Positions 19,459-29,042 of a DNA stretch of 64,000 nt are shown in pieces. The notes beneath the pieces were generated by a model. It searched no databases. It was not told the DNA's origin and saw only the letters and a list, made by a program, of their open reading frames with translations. This DNA comes from Clostridia bacterium. GTDB taxonomy: Bacteria; Bacillota; Clostridia; UMGS1883; UMGS1540. Numbering within the stretch: the first letter of the stretch is position 1; every line of letters starts with the position of its first letter. Where the stretch lies: NCBI GenBank assembly GCA_045590195.1, contig JAZNQN010000021.1, positions 1,352 to 65,351 on the forward strand, in the 5' to 3' direction. A program made the translations under genes and the position numbers.

Positions 19459-20655
19459 TTACATAAACAAGGTTAAGAACGCACCTGCAGCAATTGCAGA
19501 GCCTATAACACCCGCAACGTTGGGGCCCATAGCGTGCATAAGAAGGAAGTTTGAAGGGTCTTCTTTCTGGCCGACTACCTGGGACACACGTGCCGCCATT
19601 GGAACTGCCGAAACGCCGGCTGAGCCAATAAGTGGGTTTATCTTGTTCTTTCTTGTGAAAAGGTTCATAATTTTTGCAAGAATTACGCCGCCTGCTGTAC
19701 CGCCTGCAAAAGCAACAACGCCCATTACAACGATTTTAATTGTTCCCCATGTAAGGAACACATCAGCAGTTGCAGTTGCGCCAACAGAAATGCCGAGGAA
19801 TATTGTAACAATATTCATAAGCTCGTTCTGAACTGTTTTTGAAAGGCGCTCAACAACGCCACATTCGCGCATGAGGTTACCAAGCATAAGGCAACCAACA
19901 AGTGGGGCAGCCGATGGAAGCAGAAGTGCAACAAAAATTGTTACAACGATTGGGAAAATAATTTTCTCTGTTCTGCTTACTGAGCGAAGCTGTTTCATTT
20001 TTATCTGGCGTTCTTTTTTAGTTGTTAAAAGCTTCATAATAGGTGGCTGAATTACAGGAACCAGCGCCATATATGAATATGCCGCAACAGCAATAGGACC
20101 GAGAAGTTCCGGTTTAAGCTTACTTGTTACGAAAATAGCTGTAGGACCATCAGCACCGCCGATAATACCGATTGATGCCGCTCCGTTATAGTCAAATCCG
20201 AGAGCCATAGCACCAAAGAATGCAACAAACACACCAAGCTGAGCTGCGGCGCCTAAAAGAAGGCTCTTAGGGTTAGCAATTAGTGGGCCAAAGTCTGTCA
20301 TAGCGCCAACGCCGATGAATATAAGGCATGGGTAAATACCAAGTTTTACGCCAAGGTACAAAACATCGATAAGGCCAACTGCTTCGGTTGTGCCATCTGG
20401 AAGCGGCACGCCGTTTGCAAACATTTCCCAGTGAACATGTCCGCCCTCGAAAAGAGCTGTGTGATACATACCTGCACCGGGCAAATTAGTTAAAAGCATA
20501 CCAAAAGCTATTGGAAGGAGCAAAAGAGGCTCGAACTGTTTAACAATAGCAAGGTACAAAAGCACACAGGAAACAGCAAGCATTATAAGAACTTTCCAGT
20601 TTGCCGCTATCATAGCAAAGCCTGTTTGCCCTAAAAAATCTAAAATTACGTCCAT
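19459..20655 (-). CDS. oadB: Na+-translocating decarboxylase beta subunit (membrane pump)
   Basis: 398-aa polytopic membrane protein of the OadB/MmdB/GcdB family. Confidence 0.85.
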   Translation of the reverse strand: MDVILDFLGQTGFAMIAANWKVLIMLAVSCVLLYLAIVKQFEPLLLLPIAFGMLLTNLPGAGMYHTALFEGGHVHWEMFANGVPLPDGTTEAVGLIDVLYLGVKLGIYPCLIFIGVGAMTDFGPLIANPKSLLLGAAAQLGVFVAFFGAMALGFDYNGAASIGIIGGADGPTAIFVTSKLKPELLGPIAVAAYSYMALVPVIQPPIMKLLTTKKERQIKMKQLRSVSRTEKIIFPIVVTIFVALLLPSAAPLVGCLMLGNLMRECGVVERLSKTVQNELMNIVTIFLGISVGATATADVFLTWGTIKIVVMGVVAFAGGTAGGVILAKIMNLFTRKNKINPLIGSAGVSAVPMAARVSQVVGQKEDPSNFLLMHAMGPNVAGVIGSAIAAGAFLTLFM

Positions 20656-20680
20656 TTGTATACTCTCCTTTTCTTAAGGA

Positions 20681-21058
20681 TTAAGCAATTGTGCAAAGTG
20701 CGCTGCCGCTTTCAACAGAAGAACCTTTTGAAACTGCAACAGATGTAACTTTGCCATCAGCAGGAGCCATAATTTCGTTTTCCATTTTCATAGCTTCGAG
20801 TATCATAAGTACCTGACCTGCTTTAACAGTATCGCCTACTGCAACTTTAACATCTAAAATTGTGCCAGGCATTGGAGCTGAAACTGCTGCGCCTGCGCCT
20901 GTTGCTGCAGGAGCCGGTGCTGCTGCGGGAGCAGGAGCTGCTGCAGGAGCTGCTGCAGGAGCTGCTGCTTTAGGAGCAGGAGCTTTGCCATCATCTTCCA
21001 TAAGTTCAAGAGCGATTTCGTATTCTGTACCATTTACATTTACTTTATATTTTTTCAT
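20681..21058 (-). CDS. Biotin carboxyl carrier subunit of the decarboxylase complex
   Basis: 125 aa. Ala/Pro linker. Biotinylation motif LMILEAMKMENEIMAP (AMKM). Confidence 0.85.
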   Translation of the reverse strand: MKKYKVNVNGTEYEIALELMEDDGKAPAPKAAAPAAAPAAAPAPAAAPAPAATGAGAAVSAPMPGTILDVKVAVGDTVKAGQVLMILEAMKMENEIMAPADGKVTSVAVSKGSSVESGSALCTIA

Positions 21059-21081
21059 AATAAATCTTTCCTTTCTGGTAA

Positions 21082-21477
21082 TTAAAGTTTTTTAATACTT
21101 AAAATTCTGATAGCGCTGACATCTTTGCCCATTTCTTCGGCAAGTGCCGCTGAAACTGCTGCAACAAATTCGCCTTTATTGGGAATTTCGAATTTTGCAG
21201 GAGCTTCCTGTTTTGAAGCTTTAACCTTCTTCTCTTTTGGAGCTTTGTCCTCTTTAATAAAGAGCTGACAAATAGCACCCATAATTTTGCAAATAATAAT
21301 AATTGAAATAAGGCCGATAAATACAAGGCCAAAACCAAATCCAAAAACTGTAAGCGGAGTAATTTCTGCCACTGCTGTTTCAGCTACCTGCTGTGCTGTT
21401 TCCAAAGCTTCGGCAGTTTCTGTTACTGCTTCTGTTGTTGCCGGATTTGAAAAAATTGATAATAATTTTTCGAACAT
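21082..21477 (-). CDS. oadG: Decarboxylase gamma subunit (OadG-like membrane anchor)
   Basis: 131 aa. Single TM helix. C-terminal AAVSAALAEEMG...IRILSIKK typical of OAD_gamma. Confidence 0.7.
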   Translation of the reverse strand: MFEKLLSIFSNPATTEAVTETAEALETAQQVAETAVAEITPLTVFGFGFGLVFIGLISIIIICKIMGAICQLFIKEDKAPKEKKVKASKQEAPAKFEIPNKGEFVAAVSAALAEEMGKDVSAIRILSIKKL

Positions 21478-21558
21478 ACCTATTTCCTCCTTTCATATGT
21501 CAATAGATATCCGCTAAGATGGCGTGCAAAGAAAATTTGCACGCCACTTATGTGCTTA

Positions 21559-22551
21559 TTATAACTGTGAAAGTGCAACTGCAACTGCAACAGTCATACC
21601 AACCATTGGGTTGTTACCTGCACCGATAAGGCCCATCATTTCAACGTGAGCAGGAACTGATGAAGAACCTGCAAACTGTGCATCAGAGTGCATTCTTCCC
21701 ATAGTATCTGTCATACCATAAGAAGCAGGACCTGCAGCCATGTTATCAGGGTGAAGTGTTCTGCCTGTACCGCCACCGGATGCAACGGAGAAGTATTTTT
21801 TACCCTGTTCAATACATTCTTTTTTATATGTTCCTGCAACAGGATGCTGGAAACGAGTTGGGTTAGTTGAGTTACCTGTAATAGAAACGTCAACCTTTTC
21901 GTGATGCATAATAGCAACGCCTTCACGAACATCGTCACAGCCAAAGCAACGAACAGCAGCTCTTTCGCCTTTTGAATAAGCTGTTTCAGAAACAATTTTA
22001 AGCTCGCCTGTGTAGTAATCAAATTCAGTTTCTACAAAAGTAAAGCCATTTATACGTGAAATAATCTGAGCAGCATCTTTTCCAAGACCATTTAAGATTA
22101 CCTGAAGTGGCTCTTTTCTAACTTTGTTAGCTGATTTTGCAATACCGATTGCACCTTCAGCAGCTGCAAATGATTCGTGACCTGCCAAAAATGCAAAACA
22201 TTTTGTATCTTCGCTTAAAAGCATAGCGCCAAGGTTACCGTGACCGATACCAACTTTTCTGTCATCAGCAACAGAGCCGGGGATACAGAAAGCCTGAAGG
22301 CCTTCGCCCAGAATTTCAGCAGCTTCACTGGCGTTTTTGTAGCCTTTTTTAATTGCAATTGCAGCACCTACAATGTAAGCCCAGCAAGCATTTTCAAAGC
22401 AGATAGGCTGAATGCCTTTTACCATATTGTAAACGTCAAGCCCTTTGTCGTCACAAATTTTCTTTGCTTCTTCGATTGAAGCAATGCCGTATTTAGCGAG
22501 TACTGCATCAATCTGTTTTATTCTTCTTTCGTAGCTTTCAAACAATGCCAT
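21559..22551 (-). CDS. Uncharacterised GGGtGRT-family protein
   Basis: 330 aa containing VASGGGTGRTLHPDN. From memory, I take this to be the uncharacterised family named for the GGGtGRT motif. Strong RBS taaggaggg. Confidence 0.6.
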   Translation of the reverse strand: MALFESYERRIKQIDAVLAKYGIASIEEAKKICDDKGLDVYNMVKGIQPICFENACWAYIVGAAIAIKKGYKNASEAAEILGEGLQAFCIPGSVADDRKVGIGHGNLGAMLLSEDTKCFAFLAGHESFAAAEGAIGIAKSANKVRKEPLQVILNGLGKDAAQIISRINGFTFVETEFDYYTGELKIVSETAYSKGERAAVRCFGCDDVREGVAIMHHEKVDVSITGNSTNPTRFQHPVAGTYKKECIEQGKKYFSVASGGGTGRTLHPDNMAAGPASYGMTDTMGRMHSDAQFAGSSSVPAHVEMMGLIGAGNNPMVGMTVAVAVALSQL

Positions 22552-22565
22552 TATAAGTACCCTCC

Positions 22566-23270
22566 TTACTGCTGACGTGGATTGATAACGCGAGCTGCAT
22601 CATCAAATCTGCCGTACTGGCCGGATGCTTTCTGCATAGCTTCGTTTGCATCCATGCCTTTGCCTATCATTTCCATCATTTTACCAAGGTGAACAAATTT
22701 GTAACCGATAATGTGATCTTCATCATCAATTGCCATTTCTGTTATGTAACCTTCAGCAAGTTCGAGGTAACGAGCACCTTTTTCTTTTGTTGAGAATACA
22801 GTACCAACCTGGCTGCGGAGACCTTTACCAAGATCTTCAAGACCGGCACCGATTGGAAGACCGCCTTCTGAGAAAGCTGTTTGAGTTCTTCCGTAAACTA
22901 TCTGAAGGAAGAGTTCTCTCATTGCTGTGTTAATAGCATCACAAACAAGGTCAGTATTAAGAGCTTCAAGCAAGGTTTTACCAACGAGGATTTCACCAGC
23001 CATAGCAGCCGAGTGAGTCATACCGGAGCAACCACATGTTTCAACGAGAGCTTCTTCGATAATACCTTCTTTAACATTGAGTGTTAATTTACATGTTCCC
23101 TGCTGGGGAGCACACCAGCCGATACCGTGTGTAAGACCGGAGATATCGCTGATCTGTTTTGCTTTTACCCATTTACCCTCTTCAGGAATGGGAGCATTTT
23201 CGTGACGTACGCCTTTTGCAACGCAAGTCATCTGTTCAACTTCGTGCGAGTAATTCATCTTATGCTTCAT
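22566..23270 (-). CDS. NifU/IscU-like Fe-S scaffold-domain protein with C-terminal extension
   Basis: GWCAPQQGTCKLTLNVKEGIIEEALVETCGCSGMTHSAAMAGEILVGKTLLEALN aligns with the IscU core (GAPACGDVMKL...FKTFGCGSAIASSS). 14-nt gap to the GGGtGRT gene. Confidence 0.6.
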   Translation of the reverse strand: MKHKMNYSHEVEQMTCVAKGVRHENAPIPEEGKWVKAKQISDISGLTHGIGWCAPQQGTCKLTLNVKEGIIEEALVETCGCSGMTHSAAMAGEILVGKTLLEALNTDLVCDAINTAMRELFLQIVYGRTQTAFSEGGLPIGAGLEDLGKGLRSQVGTVFSTKEKGARYLELAEGYITEMAIDDEDHIIGYKFVHLGKMMEMIGKGMDANEAMQKASGQYGRFDDAARVINPRQQ

Positions 23271-23398
23271 ACCTTTCTGCCCACAAAATATTTAATTAGC
23301 AACGCCTCCGTGGGGGGATAACGCGCTTTCGGGGCGCCTTTCGGCACCCGTAAATCCAAAGATAATTAAATTATATCATTTATGGAAAAATTTTTCAA
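23271..23398 (-). promoter_or_regulatory. Promoter (TTGAAA - 17 nt - TGaTATAAT) and ~100-nt structured 5' leader of the IscU-like/GGGtGRT operon
   Basis: Minus strand: -35 at 23393-23398, extended -10 at 23370-23378. The leader holds a hairpin GGGUGCC-GAAA-GGCGCCC plus further GC-rich segments (CGAAAGCGCG, CCCCCCACGGAGGCG). Confidence 0.45.
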
Positions 23399-23412
23399 TA
23401 GTTTTTTTACAA

Positions 23413-25068
23413 TTATTTGTAAAATTTAATCATTTCTTCTGCGGCTTTTTTAGCACTTTCGCTTATATTATCGCCGCTTATAATTCTTGCAACCTCCAAA
23501 ACCCTTTCATGGTGGTCAAGAATATGTACATTTGTACTAAAGCTTTCATTTTCAAAGCTTTTTTCGATAAGGTAATGATTTTCGGCCAGAGAGGCAATTT
23601 GCGGAAGATGGGTTATACAAATAACCTGTTTCTTTTTGCCAAGGGAGCAAAGCTTTTCGCCTATTCTTCCCGCCGCTTTTCCGCTTACACCCGTATCAAT
23701 TTCGTCAAACACCAAAGTGCCAACGCCATCAGCATCGGACAAAACTGTTTTTATTGCAAGGCATATTCTTGACATTTCGCCGCCCGATGCAATATTTACG
23801 AGAGGTTTTAAATTTTCCTGAGGATTTGTTGAAACCATAAATTCTATTTTATCCTGCCCGTTTGATGCAAAATTATCTTTTTCCACCAAAACCCCAAAGC
23901 GTACTTTTTCCATATCGAGAAATTTAAGTTCTTCGTTTACGCCTTTTTCTATTTTTTCTGCCGCAGCTTTTCTTTTTGAAGAAAGTTTATCGGCGCAAAG
24001 CGAAAGTTTTTCACGAAGGGCTGTAAGCTCTTTTGAAAGCTCCGCCTCCCTTTCGCCCGAAAACTCAATGTTTTTAACTTCTTCGCGCAAAGTGTCGGCA
24101 TAAGAAAGAATTTCGGAAATCGAAGAGCCGTATTTTGTTTTAAGTTTGCTTATAAGATAAAGCCTTTCCTCTATCTGCGAAAGCTCCCCTTCATCAAAAT
24201 CAAGATTTGATCCATAAGAAGAAATTTCTCTTGCAACATCTTCTGCCCTGTACAAAATTTCGGAAAGTTCATCTATTTTCTTTGCCATTTCGCCATCGCA
24301 GGAAGCGGCATCAGAAAGAGTATTTACTGCGCCCGAAAGGCAGGCACAGGCATTTATATCGCCACCGTAAAGAGCCTCGTATGCACCAATTACGCTCATT
24401 TTTATTTTTTCGCTGTTTTTAATTATTTTAAGCTTTTCGGAAAGCTCTTCTTCCTCGCCTTCGATTAAATCGGCACTATCAATTTCCGAAAGCCAGAAAC
24501 GAAGTGAATCGAGTTTTCTCAGCTTTTCGCTTTCATCGCACTTAAGACTTTCAATTTCTTTTTCTGTTTCTTTTATTTTTGAATATATTTCTTTATACTC
24601 TGCCAAAAGGTTGCCGCTTAAAGCATAGTGGTCAACAAAGTCTATATGATTTGCTTTTGAAAGAAGCTTTTGGCCATCGTTCTGACCGTGAATATTTACG
24701 AGCAGGTGACCAATTTTTTTAAGCCCAGCAACAGATGACATTTCGCCGTTTACTTTGCAGACATTTCGCCCGTCATCAAATATTTCGCGGCTTATGGGAA
24801 TTTCGTTGCCTTCAAAAGGGCCGATTTCTTCTTCCAGAGCACTTTTTTCTGCATCTGAAAGCAGAAACATAGCCTCAACCTTTGCCCTTTTTTCGCCATG
24901 GCGGATTATGTCGCGGCTGCTCCTCTCCCCAAGCACCATATTAAGCGAATCAATTATAAGGGACTTACCTGCCCCCGTTTCGCCCGTTAAAACATTAAAG
25001 CCACCAAAAAGCGTTATTTCGCTTTTTTCAATAACGGCTACATTTGAAATAATAAGCTGACTTAGCAT
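23413..25068 (-). CDS. recN: DNA repair protein RecN
   Basis: 551 aa. Walker A GETGAGKS at the N-terminus. Long coiled-coil middle. C-terminal SMC-like signature region. Confidence 0.9.
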   Translation of the reverse strand: MLSQLIISNVAVIEKSEITLFGGFNVLTGETGAGKSLIIDSLNMVLGERSSRDIIRHGEKRAKVEAMFLLSDAEKSALEEEIGPFEGNEIPISREIFDDGRNVCKVNGEMSSVAGLKKIGHLLVNIHGQNDGQKLLSKANHIDFVDHYALSGNLLAEYKEIYSKIKETEKEIESLKCDESEKLRKLDSLRFWLSEIDSADLIEGEEEELSEKLKIIKNSEKIKMSVIGAYEALYGGDINACACLSGAVNTLSDAASCDGEMAKKIDELSEILYRAEDVAREISSYGSNLDFDEGELSQIEERLYLISKLKTKYGSSISEILSYADTLREEVKNIEFSGEREAELSKELTALREKLSLCADKLSSKRKAAAEKIEKGVNEELKFLDMEKVRFGVLVEKDNFASNGQDKIEFMVSTNPQENLKPLVNIASGGEMSRICLAIKTVLSDADGVGTLVFDEIDTGVSGKAAGRIGEKLCSLGKKKQVICITHLPQIASLAENHYLIEKSFENESFSTNVHILDHHERVLEVARIISGDNISESAKKAAEEMIKFYK

Positions 25069-25083
25069 ATCTTTTCTCCAAAA

Positions 25084-25542
25084 TTAATTATCTATCATAG
25101 AAGTGAGTGTTTTTGTAAGGGACGCGGCATCTTTTTCACTTTTTACCACAACCAAAACAGTATCGTCCCCTGCGATTGTGCCCAAAATTTCGCTATATCC
25201 CATTCCCTCAATTGTAATTGCCGCCGCCTGAGCCATTCCCGAAAGGGTTTTAATAACTATCTGATTCATAGCATAATCGGCGCTTACTACTGAATTTGAA
25301 AAAATTGTTTTAATTCTGCTTCCACTGCCTGCAATATTACTGCTTGAGCCCTGCTGAGCATAGCGATATCTACCGTCGCCCGTTTGCAGTTTCATAATAT
25401 TAAGGTCTTTGATATCACGGGAAACAGTTGCCTGTGTTACGTTGAAGCCCATTTTTTCAAGCTCACGTGTAAGCTCGTCCTGAGTTTCAATAACTTTTGA
25501 GTTTATAAGCGATAAAATTGTGTTATGTCTTTTTTGTTTCAT
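25084..25542 (-). CDS. argR: Arginine repressor
   Basis: 152 aa. N-terminal winged helix (QDELTRELEKMGFNVTQATVSRDIKDL). C-terminal oligomerisation/arginine-binding domain (GDDT). Confidence 0.9.
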   Translation of the reverse strand: MKQKRHNTILSLINSKVIETQDELTRELEKMGFNVTQATVSRDIKDLNIMKLQTGDGRYRYAQQGSSSNIAGSGSRIKTIFSNSVVSADYAMNQIVIKTLSGMAQAAAITIEGMGYSEILGTIAGDDTVLVVVKSEKDAASLTKTLTSMIDN

Positions 25543-25554
25543 AGCATAAAACCT

Positions 25555-26400
25555 CTATTTCAGTTTTTCGGAAAGCAAATTATAAAATCCGTTTCCATTT
25601 ATTTTTACAAGCCTTGTTTTATAATTTGATTTTTTAATATACACTCTGTCGCCGCCTGATATAACGCATCTTTCTTTTCCGTCGGCCGTAACGGCGCTTA
25701 CATCGGTTGCGTTTTGCGGTTTTGAAATTTTAATAATTTTTGTTGACGGAACAACTATTGGCCTCGCCCTCAAAAGATGCGGACATACTGGCGTTATAAC
25801 CATAGCATCAAGGGCGGGGTCGGCTATAGGGCCGCCTGCAGAAAGCGAATAAGCCGTAGTCCCCGTAGGAGTTGCAACAATTACACCATCGGCCAGGTAG
25901 TTTCCAAGCAATTCATCATCGATATAAATATCAATGTTTTCCATTCTTGCAAAGTCCATTCGTTTTATAACTATATCGTTAAGTGCGGCAACGGTTTCTT
26001 TTTTACCGTCGCGATGAAGAATTTTAGCCTCAATCATCATTCGCTCTTCAATTTCAAAACCTGTTTCAAGCTTTTTATATTCTTCTTCACAAAAGCTTTT
26101 GCTTTCACTTCCCGTAAGAAAGCCAAGTCTTCCTAAATTCACGCCCAAAACTGCTTTTTCGTAAGGGGCGGCATTATGTGCAACCTCAAGAAGTGTTCCA
26201 TCTCCTCCAAGGGCAATAATTATATCGCACTCTTCGTAAATGTTTTCACAAAAATTACCGCAAAGCTTATCAGAAAGCTTTTGTTGAAAATAAACTTCGG
26301 AAAAGGTTGAAAGCTTTTTTGCAATTTTTCTTGTATATTCAAAATTTTTATCTTTAATTTCGTTGGGAACTAATCCTATTTTCAAGTCATTCCACCCCAC
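25555..26400 (-). CDS. nadK: NAD kinase
   Basis: 281 aa. GGDGTLL motif and the DGxxxxTxxGSTAYSxSAGGP block. Confidence 0.9.
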   Translation of the reverse strand: MGWNDLKIGLVPNEIKDKNFEYTRKIAKKLSTFSEVYFQQKLSDKLCGNFCENIYEECDIIIALGGDGTLLEVAHNAAPYEKAVLGVNLGRLGFLTGSESKSFCEEEYKKLETGFEIEERMMIEAKILHRDGKKETVAALNDIVIKRMDFARMENIDIYIDDELLGNYLADGVIVATPTGTTAYSLSAGGPIADPALDAMVITPVCPHLLRARPIVVPSTKIIKISKPQNATDVSAVTADGKERCVISGGDRVYIKKSNYKTRLVKINGNGFYNLLSEKLK

Positions 26401-26450
26401 TTTAATATTATTATATCTATTTTTCTCTTAACAGTCAATAAAAATTTAAC

Positions 26451-26480
26451 AAAAAAACGAGGTGTTTAAACACCTCGTTT
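26451..26480 (-). terminator. Rho-independent terminator of the 26485-27744 gene
   Basis: Hairpin acgaggtgtttaaacacctcgt, followed on the minus strand by UUUUUUU. Confidence 0.7.
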
Positions 26481-26484
26481 CAAA

Positions 26485-27744
26485 CTAATTTAAAATATAA
26501 ACTTTTGCCTGACGTCTGCCAAAAGAAAGAGCTTCTGCACGGCTGTTATAGAAAAGGTCAACCCTGTTTCCGCGGATACCGCTTCCTGTATCGCCTGCTA
26601 CGCAGTAGCCATAGGTCCACGAGCCGTCAACCGCTTCGATATAAAGCTTTGTTCCAAGAGGAATAACTCTCGGGTCAACCGCAACAACACCATACTGCGC
26701 CTTCATACCGCTGGCAGTAATGCCATAATGCGGGTCGCCGGGATATTTTCCGCAGCTTTCATATGAAAGGTCGTAAGCAGATGCACTGCAGGTTATAACG
26801 CGTGAATAGCTGAATCCTTTTGATGAAATAACAGAATTTGTTTTACTGGTTGCAGATGATGGCGCGGGTTTTGTTGAAGCATAGGCAATTTTTGTGCCAA
26901 CTTCAACTATTTTCTTAACGGCATCTTTTTCAACAACAGTATTTACAACATTTCTTTCAATTTCAACGCCATCTTTGTATTTGACCTCATAGGTAACGGT
27001 TTTAAGCCCGTTTTTACCTGCCTGAGAAACCTTTGTTGTTCCTTTTGCCAAAGATGAATTGTTTCTTTTTTCAGTAGTGTACGGAATTACCTCAGAAACA
27101 TCCTCGTACTTAACCTTGACAGCAGAAATTTTAATTTTCATTCCCGCTTTAAGTTTTACCGAATCGTCAAGATTTACGTGAATTTCACTCTTTTCTTCGA
27201 TTCCAAGCTCGCTTATAAGCTCGCCAACTGAATAAGCAGACGAATTTACAGTTCTTTCACCATTTGCATCAATGATTACAAAATCTTTTGCACGCCTGAT
27301 TTCAATAAGCATATTTTCGCCTACTTTGCTTTGTGCATCCGGAACAACTCTGTCGTTTTCACCCAAAGTATAACCGGCCTGATCAAGAATATCCTGAACA
27401 GTTTTGCCGCTGCTGAGATATTCAGTAACTGTGCCTTCATCGGAAACAGAAACCTTAACCGCCCTGTAAACTGTAATAGCCATATCGTTTACAACAACTT
27501 CGTCTTTACCGGGTTCAACCCTGTCGAAATTGCCCAGTGTTATTCCTGCTTCTTCCAAAACGCCCGAAACAGTTGCCTCTCTTGTTTTTAAATTCAATGT
27601 CTTTTCTCCGTCGTGTATCACAACTGCATTGTTAGACCATGCAGCCATAAGCAAAATGAAGCTCAAAATAAGAAGTACTGAAACAGATGTCAAAATTGCA
27701 TATTTTTTTATCTCGTGTTTGGTGAGTTTTTTCATTTCAAACAT
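26485..27744 (-). CDS. Membrane-anchored DUF348-G5-3D domain protein (YabE-like cell-wall protein)
   Basis: N-terminal TM helix. Repeated DUF348-like units (GVLEEAGITLGNFDRVEP / DILDQAGYTLGENDRVVP). G5-like region. C-terminal 3D domain (VAVDPRVIPLGTKLYIE...GYCVAGDTGSGIRGNRVDLFY). Confidence 0.8.
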   Translation of the reverse strand: MFEMKKLTKHEIKKYAILTSVSVLLILSFILLMAAWSNNAVVIHDGEKTLNLKTREATVSGVLEEAGITLGNFDRVEPGKDEVVVNDMAITVYRAVKVSVSDEGTVTEYLSSGKTVQDILDQAGYTLGENDRVVPDAQSKVGENMLIEIRRAKDFVIIDANGERTVNSSAYSVGELISELGIEEKSEIHVNLDDSVKLKAGMKIKISAVKVKYEDVSEVIPYTTEKRNNSSLAKGTTKVSQAGKNGLKTVTYEVKYKDGVEIERNVVNTVVEKDAVKKIVEVGTKIAYASTKPAPSSATSKTNSVISSKGFSYSRVITCSASAYDLSYESCGKYPGDPHYGITASGMKAQYGVVAVDPRVIPLGTKLYIEAVDGSWTYGYCVAGDTGSGIRGNRVDLFYNSRAEALSFGRRQAKVYILN

Positions 27745-28296
27745 CCAATCACTCCTTTGCCACGTATTTTACAATAACTTTTGCCTTTTGTCAAATATTT
27801 TTTAACGAGTTTTTGAAAAGTTTTTAAAAAATTGTTACAAAAACCATTGCCGAAATCCTTGTTTTTTAAGGGTTTTGCCGATTTTGGAGCTTTTTTAAAA
27901 AAATGTTAAAAAAATTTCTGGAAATTGAATATTTTTACTATATTTTTACATTTTATTACATTTTTTTCCATTTTTAAAAAGGTGTATTTTTTCCTTATTT
28001 TTTCAGAAAAAGCCCATAAAAACGCGGTTTTCACCAAAATTGCACCCCTAAATGTATTGCTGTGTTTTTTTTAAAACCCCAATATGTAGTTGTTGATTTT
28101 TTGGAATTTTAAGGAAATTTATATGTAAAATCCTTCCAAAATCAAGCTTTTAAGGCACTGCTTTTGAGCCTTTAAAATTATTAAAATTTATTACAAAACT
28201 AATCCGCCAAAATCATTTAAATTCTGACGGATTACTGCAATTATTTTTTCAAAATATTATGAGTTTCTTCCTATTATTATATAATAATATATAAAA

Positions 28297-28893
28297 CTAC
28301 TGGCTGCAGGTATATGGGGCAAGCTCAAGTTTTACAAAATATCCCTTTTCGTGACTGCAAACAGGGCAATGCTCGGGAACATCTTTTCCGCTATGAATAT
28401 GGCCGCAATTAAGACACATCCATTTTGTTTCATTTTCGCAGGAGTAAAGTTTATTTTGTTCCATCATTTCCTGAAACATTTTAAAGCGGTCGCCATGAGT
28501 TTTTTCAATTTTGGCAATCATTTTAAAAGATGCGGCAATGCTTTGAAAACCTTCTTCTCTTGCCTTTTGTTCAAAGGCAGGGTAAGCGTCGCCGCTTTCT
28601 TCAAACTCGTTATGGGCGGCGCATTTTAAAATTTCTGCCATTGACTCGTTTATATCAACTGGATACGAGCCATCAATTTTAATATTCTCGCCTGCACATT
28701 CTTTTAAATGGTTATAAAAAATTTCGGCGTGTTCCTTTTCCTGACCTGCGGTAAATTTAAAAACTTCTTCAAGGGCATAATGCTTTTGTGCTCTTGCCTG
28801 AGAAGCGGCAAAGGTATAGCGGTTTCTTGCCTGGCTTTCGCCTGCAAAGGCACGCATTAAATTAAGCCTTGTTTCGCTTTGTTTAAAATCCAT
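28297..28893 (-). CDS. Rubrerythrin (diiron ferritin-like domain + C-terminal rubredoxin-like CxxC...CxxC)
   Basis: Start set to ATG 28891-28893 (MDFKQSE) with RBS aaggagg. The ORF-track start at 28953 has no RBS. ExxH diiron motifs. C-terminal CLNCGH...CPVCSH. Confidence 0.85.
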   Translation of the reverse strand: MDFKQSETRLNLMRAFAGESQARNRYTFAASQARAQKHYALEEVFKFTAGQEKEHAEIFYNHLKECAGENIKIDGSYPVDINESMAEILKCAAHNEFEESGDAYPAFEQKAREEGFQSIAASFKMIAKIEKTHGDRFKMFQEMMEQNKLYSCENETKWMCLNCGHIHSGKDVPEHCPVCSHEKGYFVKLELAPYTCSQ

Positions 28894-29042
28894 AGTAAAA
28901 TCCTCCTTATATATAATAAGGATATTTTTACCTTTTTTTATTTTTTTATTCAAAGTTTAAGAGAGCGGCAAAGCCGCTCCCCTAAAAAATGTTATAAAGG
29001 AAATTGCAATTTTCGTTTTTTGGAAAATCAAGATTTTCCTCT

